NCBI GenBank assembly: GCA_021827605.1 | Contig: JAKAVF010000031.1 | Location: forward strand, 28,592-92,591 | Origin: Candidatus Micrarchaeota archaeon | GTDB lineage: Archaea; Micrarchaeota; Micrarchaeia; Micrarchaeales; Micrarchaeaceae | Direction: 5' to 3' | DNA length: 64,000 bases | Part shown: positions 52,488-60,150 of the stretch, piece after piece | Position numbering within the stretch: the first letter of the stretch is position 1 | How the letters are laid out: every line of letters begins with the position of its first letter | The notes under the pieces: generated by a model | The model's database searches: none | Told to the model about the DNA's origin: nothing | Seen by the model: the letters and a program-made list of their open reading frames with translations, nothing else | Translations under genes and position numbers: made by a program

Positions 52488-54271
52488 TGTTTGCACTTAT
52501 TGCGATACTTCCATTGATTATAGCCGCCTTTCTAGCGTTGCTTTTCAGGAACAACGGAAGTCTGGTGAAGTACGCCGCCTTTGCGGCCAGCGTTGCTTCG
52601 CTAATGCTAATCATTTATCTATACCTCAGCATCAGTGGCTGGTCTAGTCTGCAGGGCTTCCAGTGGTTCAGTCTGGGCAGCATCTCGTTCAACATTTCCA
52701 TAGCAACGGCTCCAATCAACATGTTCCTGCTTCTGCTGGTAGGGATAATGACGCCGCTGATCTTTCTCTATTCCATAGGGTTCATGGACACGCAGAGCCA
52801 GCAGGCCCGCTTCTATTTCGAAATGAGCATATTCGCAGCGGCGATGATGCTGTTTGCCATATCCGCAAGCCTGATAACGATGTTCATAGCGTGGGAGATG
52901 CTCGGGATAACGAGCTATCTGCTAATCGGATTCTGGTACTGGAAGGAGAAGCCCCCCGCAGCAGCAAGGAAGGCGATAACAACCATACTGATCGGCGACA
53001 TGCTGATGTTGGCTGGAATACTTTTCATCGGCGTCACTTACGGGACATTTGAGTTCTCGGCCCTATTCTCCGCAGCACCAACGCCCGCCCTAGACGCTGC
53101 GCTGCTGCTGATACTGCTTGCAGCGTTTACCAAGTCTGCGCAGTTCCCATTCCACGAGTGGCTGCCCGATGCGATGGAGGGGCCTACACCTGTCTCCGCG
53201 TTCCTCCATTCGTCGACAATGGTAAAGGCAGGCGTATTCCTGATCGCTGTGCTGTTCCCGCTATATGTATCTGCTGGATTGCTTCCAGTTATCCTTATAT
53301 TTGGCCTGATAAGCGCAATCCTCGGGGTGTCAAATGCGCTGGCAGAGCGCCACATAAAGAAGATTCTCGCGTATTCCACAATAGAGGACCTAGGCCTGAT
53401 GTTCGTCGCCCTCGGTCTCGGTTCGCTGCTCGGAGCAATGCTGCTATTCTTCGTGCAGACATTCTACAAAGGACTACTCTTCATGGGTGCCGGCTCGCTG
53501 ATGCGCGCCAACGATGAGCGCGAGGACATCTTCACAAATTACTCTTCCGCAACCAACAAGCTGATATTCATTCCAATTGTCATAGGCGCTCTGTCTATGG
53601 CCGGGGTATTCCCTCTCAGCGGCGTATTCGGAAAGAGCGCCATAGCAGGCGTGGCTGAGGACACGAACGTGCTCGCCTATGCCGTGATTGTTCTCCTTGG
53701 TCTCGGAAGCAGCATCTACATCTTCAGGTGGCTTTTCATTCCAATGAGCAAGCCGTTCAAGAACGAGAAGCAGGTAGAGGTCAACTACAGGACAATCCCG
53801 AAGACGATGATAGCGGCAGCGATTATACTGGCGATCCTGGTGATAGCCGCGCCAATTTTCAACACCTACCCATCGCTACTTACGCTTGAGCTTTCCTCTG
53901 GCTCACCAATCCCAATTAGTGAAATGGCCGAGGTTAGCGTGATAGCGTTGGTCGGGCTCGCTATAGCGTACAGGGTATACAGGCAGGGACACCAGCTGCA
54001 CGTCGCATCTGCGAACAGGCCGCTCTACATTGCATTCTACAACAGCATCATAGTCAATGGATTCTACATGTACCTTACGAAGGCGGTAGCGATAGCTGCG
54101 GATGGACTGGGATACTTTGACCTGAAGCTTGACAAGCTCACCTACTCCGCGTCGAGCGCGATGCTCTCCGTAGGATCAGCCCTAAGGAAAATCGTAAACG
54201 GGCAGACAAACGTCTATGTTGCCGCGTTCGTCATAGGGATAGTGCTGCTGCTCGCACTTTTCATCTGGTGA
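52484..54271 (+). CDS. nuoL: NADH-quinone oxidoreductase subunit L
   Basis: WEMLGITSYLLIGFWY and FTKSAQFPFHEWLPDAMEGPTPVSAFLHSSTMVKAG. Confidence 0.9.
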   Translation: MMFALIAILPLIIAAFLALLFRNNGSLVKYAAFAASVASLMLIIYLYLSISGWSSLQGFQWFSLGSISFNISIATAPINMFLLLLVGIMTPLIFLYSIGFMDTQSQQARFYFEMSIFAAAMMLFAISASLITMFIAWEMLGITSYLLIGFWYWKEKPPAAARKAITTILIGDMLMLAGILFIGVTYGTFEFSALFSAAPTPALDAALLLILLAAFTKSAQFPFHEWLPDAMEGPTPVSAFLHSSTMVKAGVFLIAVLFPLYVSAGLLPVILIFGLISAILGVSNALAERHIKKILAYSTIEDLGLMFVALGLGSLLGAMLLFFVQTFYKGLLFMGAGSLMRANDEREDIFTNYSSATNKLIFIPIVIGALSMAGVFPLSGVFGKSAIAGVAEDTNVLAYAVIVLLGLGSSIYIFRWLFIPMSKPFKNEKQVEVNYRTIPKTMIAAAIILAILVIAAPIFNTYPSLLTLELSSGSPIPISEMAEVSVIALVGLAIAYRVYRQGHQLHVASANRPLYIAFYNSIIVNGFYMYLTKAVAIAADGLGYFDLKLDKLTYSASSAMLSVGSALRKIVNGQTNVYVAAFVIGIVLLLALFIW

Positions 54272-54275
54272 TTAT

Positions 54276-55694
54276 ATGGTCCCTTTCATAGGAATATTGC
54301 TCGCGCTGCTCTCCTTCGGGGTAGTGGCAACGATGTTCTCCAGTGAAAAGACGAGCAAGACGTTAGCGAGCGTGTTCTCGCTGCTCGCCCTTGTCGTGGT
54401 TGTCGCCGCATTCTTCTACATGGCGCAGACCGGCAGCATGAACTATACTGAGAACTACTCCTATTACATCATGCAGCCGAGCATATCTTTAGGATTCCAG
54501 TTTTCGCCCATATCGTTTGTTCTTGTACTGATGGCGTCGATCGTCTCATTTGTCACTCTTCTTTCAGGCAACGTGGAGAACGAGAGCAGGAAGATATCGA
54601 GCATACTCATCCTGCTCTTTGAGCTCGCAGCGATTGGTCTGTTCACTTCAGGAAACCTCTTCCTGTTGTTCATATTCTGGGATGTTGGAGTGATATCGCT
54701 GTTCTTCATGATATACATACTAGGATCATCCAACAGGAGGAGAGCAGCGGTCAAGTTCCTGATCTATGAACTTTTTGCCAGCCTCGCTCTGCTATTCGCG
54801 ATTATGCTCGTGTACTTCTACACGCCTTTGCACTCATTTGACATACAATATATAATAGCGAACGCAGGTCTCATCTCCCTGCCTGTGCAGGCGCTGATAT
54901 TCTCATCGTTCTTCATCGCGTTCCTGATCAACATGCCCGTGTTTCCTGTGCACCTATGGCTGCCCGATGCGCACACGGAGGCGTCGACGCAGGGATCGAT
55001 GCTGCTCTCAGGCATTCTCACTAAGTTCGGTGGCTATGGCATGATACTCACCTTCTTCATGATGCCGATAGCAGCTCACTTCGAGGTGCCGATAGCAATC
55101 CTCGCCGGGTTCTCCGCGATATACGCGGTATTCGTACTCATGACACAGCATGACATAAAGAGGATAATAGCATACTCAACAATAGTCGAGATGGGCATAA
55201 TCCTTGTCGCAATAGCGTCGTTCAACCAGTTCGGCATAAGCGGTGCAGCGTACGGGATGCTGGCGCATGGCCTCACAATCGCAATGCTCTTCCTCGCCGC
55301 AGGTTCGATCGGCCATATGTTCGCAGAGCGGGACATAAGGAACCTTAGGGGAGTTGTAAGGAATGCGCTGTCCACATCGTACACCTTCCTTGCAGGGGTT
55401 TTCGCGACAACAGGAGTCCCCCTCACCGCGGCGTTCATTGCAGATGTACTGATATTCATTGGCGCGATAAAGACCTTCTCGATATACGGCGCAATACCGC
55501 TCGCAGCCCTTCTCCTGCTTGGCGCATTCCTTTATTACGTTGTCAACAAGTCTATACTCTCGACAAGTGAGTATTCCAGCAATCCGCGGTTCATTGGCAG
55601 GAGCCAGAAGGCTGGATACGCAATCCTGCTTTCATCGATATTCATCTTCGGCGTGTTACCTTTCCTGCTGCTTAATTTCTTCTCCAACATATGA
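54276..55694 (+). CDS. nuoM: NADH-quinone oxidoreductase subunit M
   Basis: PVFPVHLWLPDAHTEASTQGSMLLSGILTKFGGYG and IKRIIAYSTIVEMG. Confidence 0.9.
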   Translation: MVPFIGILLALLSFGVVATMFSSEKTSKTLASVFSLLALVVVVAAFFYMAQTGSMNYTENYSYYIMQPSISLGFQFSPISFVLVLMASIVSFVTLLSGNVENESRKISSILILLFELAAIGLFTSGNLFLLFIFWDVGVISLFFMIYILGSSNRRRAAVKFLIYELFASLALLFAIMLVYFYTPLHSFDIQYIIANAGLISLPVQALIFSSFFIAFLINMPVFPVHLWLPDAHTEASTQGSMLLSGILTKFGGYGMILTFFMMPIAAHFEVPIAILAGFSAIYAVFVLMTQHDIKRIIAYSTIVEMGIILVAIASFNQFGISGAAYGMLAHGLTIAMLFLAAGSIGHMFAERDIRNLRGVVRNALSTSYTFLAGVFATTGVPLTAAFIADVLIFIGAIKTFSIYGAIPLAALLLLGAFLYYVVNKSILSTSEYSSNPRFIGRSQKAGYAILLSSIFIFGVLPFLLLNFFSNI

Positions 55695-57101
55695 GTGATA
55701 AAAATGTACGACCTTAGTATGGTGCTGGTTTATGGGATAATCCTGCTTCTTGCATCAGGAATGGCCAGCGTGCTCATAAGGAAAAAGGCAGCGCAACTGG
55801 CATCGAGCAGCATACTCCTGGCACTCATTGCTGTGTTCTCGATGTTCCTTCTGCTGACAGGGCAGAACGCGACGATAGCAGGCATGATAGCGGAATATCC
55901 GTTCTCGCTGCTGTTCGTCTTCCTCTTCTCGATAACCCTGCTCCTGGTCAACCTGCTCTCTTACAAGTACTCGAGCGATTACATATCATTCTCTCTCCTG
56001 TTCTCATTTGCGGCGGCCGGCGCGTTTCTTGTAGCGCTCTCTGCATCGCTCGTAACCATAATACTCGGCATAGAGCTAATGTCACTGCCGACCGCGTTCA
56101 TGATAATGATCAACGGCAAGAAGTTCATAGAAGCGGCTGTCAAACTGTTCATCCTAGCTGCCCTCTCGATTGCGATATTTGCGTTCGCACTGGCTCTTGT
56201 GTTCCCCTACGACCCATCCCTTGCACTGACAGCGCTCACGCCAAATGCTGGGATAGCCGGAGGGACGATAGTGCTACTAGCATTGTTGCTCTTCATAGCT
56301 GCTCTCTCATTCGATGCATCCCTCTTTCCTTTCAATCTGTGGGTACCAGATGTCTATGAAGGTGCGCCAGCCAACATCACCGCCATGCTTGCTGGGGTGA
56401 ACAAGAAGGTCGCATTCGTTGCCCTGTTCGAGGTGCTCTTCATCGTGCTCTTGCCGCTCAGCGCGGTGTTCTCACTTGTCTTCCAGGTTCTTGCGGTAGT
56501 CACCATGTTCTTCGGCAACATCGTCGCCCTCGTGCAGACGAACGTCAAGAGGCTTTTCGCCTATTCCGCGATCTCGCAAGCTGGCTACATCGCGATAGGC
56601 TTCTCCGCCGCAAGCCTTTATGGGATAGAGGCTAGCATATACCAGATATTTGCGCATGCGTTCATGATAATCGGGACATTCGCGATAATCCTCTGGCTGG
56701 AGTCGAAGAATATAAAGACGATAGACGACTACGCCGGCCTTGGGAGCAGGAACAGGATCGCCGCGTTCTCACTGACTATATTTATGCTATCTATGATAGG
56801 GATACCTCCGCTCATGGGATTCGTCGGGAAGTTCCTGCTGTTCACGAGCGCGATAGACAAGGGTCTGCTTCTGCTTGCGGTAATAGCGATATTCAACAGC
56901 TTCCTTTCGATCTACTATTACGCGAAGGTCATACTCTCAATGTACTCGAAGAGGGAGAAGAGCGTCATTGAACTGGATTGGGCTGTGCTCTCTGTTGCTG
57001 TATTCTGCCTTATTGCGATAATCGCATTGGGGATATACCCTCAACCCCTCATTAACCTTTCGCAGCTGGCTGGGGCATCGTTGTCTTCCCTGCCAGTCTG
57101 A
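55695..57101 (+). CDS. nuoN: NADH-quinone oxidoreductase subunit N
   Basis: FPFNLWVPDVYEGAPANITAMLAGVNKKVAF and VKRLFAYSAISQAGY. The ATG at 55707 (MYDLSM) is the likely start. Confidence 0.88.
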   Translation: MIKMYDLSMVLVYGIILLLASGMASVLIRKKAAQLASSSILLALIAVFSMFLLLTGQNATIAGMIAEYPFSLLFVFLFSITLLLVNLLSYKYSSDYISFSLLFSFAAAGAFLVALSASLVTIILGIELMSLPTAFMIMINGKKFIEAAVKLFILAALSIAIFAFALALVFPYDPSLALTALTPNAGIAGGTIVLLALLLFIAALSFDASLFPFNLWVPDVYEGAPANITAMLAGVNKKVAFVALFEVLFIVLLPLSAVFSLVFQVLAVVTMFFGNIVALVQTNVKRLFAYSAISQAGYIAIGFSAASLYGIEASIYQIFAHAFMIIGTFAIILWLESKNIKTIDDYAGLGSRNRIAAFSLTIFMLSMIGIPPLMGFVGKFLLFTSAIDKGLLLLAVIAIFNSFLSIYYYAKVILSMYSKREKSVIELDWAVLSVAVFCLIAIIALGIYPQPLINLSQLAGASLSSLPV

Positions 57102-57895
57102 CCGCTTTGGGTCCTGCCGAATACTTCTGCCATCTCTCTGGCAGTCTGGCTTCCTGACCTTTCGGCTTCTGCCCTGGCTTTCATCTCTCTTAAAGTTTGC
57201 TCCAAGCCGGATATATGCGAATCGTCGAACAGCTCTGGTTCTGATTTCTCTATTTCCAACGTTCTTTCCAACTGTTCGATATTCAATCTTATGAAGGGAT
57301 CCAGGCCAAGGACGAAGACCTCATAGGTGAGCCTATTCAGCCTTGCATCCAACGATATCCTTTCTGCCTCAAATATGGGGTTTGATTCCTTTTCCAAGAG
57401 ATGCTTGATCTGCCTAATCAATTCCGCAGCCAACCATTCAACCACTATCTCCTTTTTCATCTCGTACAAATGCGCTTGCTGCGTCTCGAGGCTCAGAGCT
57501 GCGTCCCTTTCAGCCTCTGGCATTCTTTCAGTCCTCGCAAGGGCAAAACGTTCCTGTTTGATAAGCGCAGCCGCCTCTCTGTCGCCGGCAAGACCTTCAC
57601 ACACCAGTATCATGTCTGCCTGCTGCAGCGCATCTTCCAGATCTGACGCGCTAACCCTGCGCTTTCCGTCTGCTTTCGCTCTTTCCAGCACGGCTTCGTA
57701 CTCCTTTATAGCCAAGGCTTTTCCGCGTCCATCCCAGCTGCTGTCCGCTATCTTGCGCGCAAACGTCAGATTCACCCTGCTCCTGGAAAGCCTGCTGCCA
57801 AAACGAAGTCGCTCTGCTTCCGCTATGTGCTCCATCACCCGTTGCAGCGGAGCATAATCAAGCCATCTCGGCTCTGTTTTCTGTGCTTCTCTCAA
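57041..57895 (-). CDS. Hypothetical helical protein
   Basis: 284-aa ORF, charged and helical, with no motif recognised. Its 3' end overlaps the 3' end of nuoN by 61 nt (convergent). Confidence 0.4.
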   Translation of the reverse strand: MREAQKTEPRWLDYAPLQRVMEHIAEAERLRFGSRLSRSRVNLTFARKIADSSWDGRGKALAIKEYEAVLERAKADGKRRVSASDLEDALQQADMILVCEGLAGDREAAALIKQERFALARTERMPEAERDAALSLETQQAHLYEMKKEIVVEWLAAELIRQIKHLLEKESNPIFEAERISLDARLNRLTYEVFVLGLDPFIRLNIEQLERTLEIEKSEPELFDDSHISGLEQTLREMKARAEAERSGSQTAREMAEVFGRTQSGQTGREDNDAPASCERLMRG

Positions 57896-57970
57896 TTTTA
57901 CACCAAAACTAAAGTGGAGTTCAAAATACTTAAAATATGCGTTTTCTGAAGAATTTGCAGGAACCGACTC

Positions 57971-59116
57971 CTATTTTGACATGCCTCTGAAGAAGAACCT
58001 CTTCAGCATCAGCGACGGCCTGTCCATGTCTCCGTATTTGCTGAAGAACTGCTCAAACCCAGCGAGCTTAGCAGCCTTAATCGCAATCAAGAAGCCACGA
58101 TCCCCCATGCTGGAGTAGTAGCTGTGCAGCATCTTATGCATTCTAAGGTCAAGACCGAACCTCTTTCTCCACGTTTTCTCATATGACGAGAGGGGTGCTC
58201 CAATCCTGATATTTCCTATTATCGCATCTGCAGCTACACCTGCGCATGCCGCACCGAATATTATCCCGCCACCCGTCGTGGCCTTCACCTGCCCAGCCGC
58301 ATCGCCGACAAGCAGGACGTTGTCCATCACCGTCTTCTTCCTTGCGCTGAGCGGTATCATGCTGGCGTATCCTGCCGTCTTTTTTGCGCCGGAGATGCGG
58401 TTCTTGATTATGGGATTTTCCAGGAATTCATTGAATGCTGCAGTGCTGGTCTTCTTCGATAAGTTGCTTATCCCTATGCCGATCTCCATCTTAGTCCTTG
58501 AATAGGGCACGGTCCATCCGAAAAAGCGCTTTGCTATCTTGTTCGAGAAGAAGAGTTCCACCTTGTGCAGGTCAGGCACATCCACCCCCTCATATTCTGC
58601 CTTGTAGGTCAGGATGTGCTCCCCTATGCCAGGGAAACCGGCTGCGCTCGCTACCATAGATACCGCGCCATCCGCCCCTACCACTATATTATTGGTGTCT
58701 TTCTTAATCTCGAGTATCTGCTCTTTTGAAAGCCTTTTTCCGAGAACAATCTTTGCGCCTGCCTCCCTCGCCTCCTTCGCACAGAGCTCCGCGAACATTC
58801 CCCTATCTAGGACATATGCCTTATCTCCCTTTGTCTCGACCTTAAAGCTCTCTCCCCCTGCAAATATTGTGGCACCATTGAGCGTAGTCACAAGCGCATC
58901 CTTCCAGTCGACGTCAAGCCTTGACAGTCCCTCTCTGGAGAATATTCCGGACGCCTTTGCCGTGTTGTCAGAAATCTTCCTCTTTGACTCATACACCGTC
59001 GTGTCTATTCCTTCCCTTGCAAGCCGCTTCGCTAGCAAAAGGCCGATTACGCCTGCGCCTACGATTACTACTCTCTTCATGCGATCAAAAACGAGTATTG
59101 AAGATATCATCTCCAA
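57971..59116 (-). CDS. Geranylgeranyl reductase family flavoprotein (digeranylgeranylglycerophospholipid reductase-like)
   Basis: FAD fold VVIVGAGVIGLLLAKRLAREG and LVGDAAGQVKATTGGGI. Confidence 0.8.
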   Translation of the reverse strand: MEMISSILVFDRMKRVVIVGAGVIGLLLAKRLAREGIDTTVYESKRKISDNTAKASGIFSREGLSRLDVDWKDALVTTLNGATIFAGGESFKVETKGDKAYVLDRGMFAELCAKEAREAGAKIVLGKRLSKEQILEIKKDTNNIVVGADGAVSMVASAAGFPGIGEHILTYKAEYEGVDVPDLHKVELFFSNKIAKRFFGWTVPYSRTKMEIGIGISNLSKKTSTAAFNEFLENPIIKNRISGAKKTAGYASMIPLSARKKTVMDNVLLVGDAAGQVKATTGGGIIFGAACAGVAADAIIGNIRIGAPLSSYEKTWRKRFGLDLRMHKMLHSYYSSMGDRGFLIAIKAAKLAGFEQFFSKYGDMDRPSLMLKRFFFRGMSK

Positions 59117-59137
59117 TTATTAAAAAGGCTTCCTGCG

Positions 59138-59518
59138 TCAGCGCCTTAGCACCTTCGTCTTCGTTTTTGTCTCGACGAATTCCTTTGCGTAAGCAGTATA
59201 GAGTCCCATGCTGGCAGCCATGCTTCCGTGGAAATCGTGGAATTCTATAAGATCATCGAGCAGCTCATCAACGTGCACGAGTCCAAACCTCTCTGTAGCC
59301 GCTCCTTGCTCTACGTAACCAACTATGGCCCTTATAAGTTTTCCCGCGTTATCTTCTTCCATTCCGCTTGCAAAATCCTTCGAAAGTGCGGCAAATTTCC
59401 CGAGAATCTCGTTCGCGGCTTCCGGGTGCCAATCACGCTTCGGTAAGGCCTGTGACTGCACCAACTCCAGCACAGCGAGCAGTCCCCTTTTCCCGGACTT
59501 CTCAAGTATCGTCTCCAT
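59138..59518 (-). CDS. Hypothetical protein
   Basis: 126-aa ORF with no motif recognised. Confidence 0.4.
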   Translation of the reverse strand: METILEKSGKRGLLAVLELVQSQALPKRDWHPEAANEILGKFAALSKDFASGMEEDNAGKLIRAIVGYVEQGAATERFGLVHVDELLDDLIEFHDFHGSMAASMGLYTAYAKEFVETKTKTKVLRR

Positions 59519-59773
59519 CGAACCGGCAGCCCCATAGATCGCTGCTGGGTTTTCATGGAGAAGATAAATAGTATTTAAAGCTTTCTATTTTAAATATACT
59601 CTATCGGTGATTGAACGGCGAAAAAGGCAAGCAAAGCTAAGGCACCAGCGCAAAGCGCGAAAAGCAGGGGCGACTCAATTCCTACTCCTTCGATAAAGAT
59701 ACAGAACATAGTTGTCAGCGCCGACCTGCATGCAGTTATAGACCTCTATGCGCTATCAAAGGAGGTAAAGGCC

Positions 59774-60019
59774 GTGGACTACGAGCCAGAGCAGTTTCCG
59801 GGAGCCATATTCAAGATAGCTGAGCCAAAGGCAGTAATAATACTGTTCAAGAACGGAAAGATGATTTGCACAGGCACGAACACGGAAGCGAACATAAGGA
59901 GGGTCCTTGAATACGCGTCCAAGGTTATCTCGAAGTATGTTATCGAGCTGACACCCGCTCTGACCGCAGCACAGCAGAAGGCGGCAGCCGCGCAAAAAGT
60001 AAAACAGAAGCCAATCTGA
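59774..60019 (+). CDS. Single-repeat TATA-box-binding-protein-like ORF (half-size TBP); start unresolved, frame open from 59615
   Basis: VDYEPEQFPGAIFKIAEPKAVIILFKNGKMICTGTNTE closely matches one TBP repeat. The in-frame upstream sequence IKIQNIVVSADLHAVIDLYALSKE is the conserved first strand/helix, but no ATG/GTG/TTG occurs between the stop at 59612 and the GTG at 59774. Confidence 0.5.
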   Translation: MDYEPEQFPGAIFKIAEPKAVIILFKNGKMICTGTNTEANIRRVLEYASKVISKYVIELTPALTAAQQKAAAAQKVKQKPI

Positions 60020-60150
60020 TCCAGGCTGTCTTTGGGCCATTTTCCGAAAGACAGGCGCAGCCTTTTAAAACACTTTTCCGAACAAACGCAATACCTTTAA
60101 ATACCATTCTGGTTAACAGTCTATCTGTAAATAACGTTTAAAGTGAGCTT

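Noticed and set aside
59607-59696. 29-codon basic ORF (GTG 59607, VIERRKRQAKLRHQRKARKAGATQFLLLR) as an independent small gene.
   Set aside because: It is too short and low in complexity to support on its own. It matters only as a possible upstream frame for the TBP-like ORF (see finding).
60027-60052. Hairpin CTGTCTTT-gggccattttccg-AAAGACAG after the TBP-like ORF, as an intrinsic terminator.
   Set aside because: Archaeal termination relies mainly on oligo-T tracts, and no T-run follows. It is a single 8-bp stem and could be chance.
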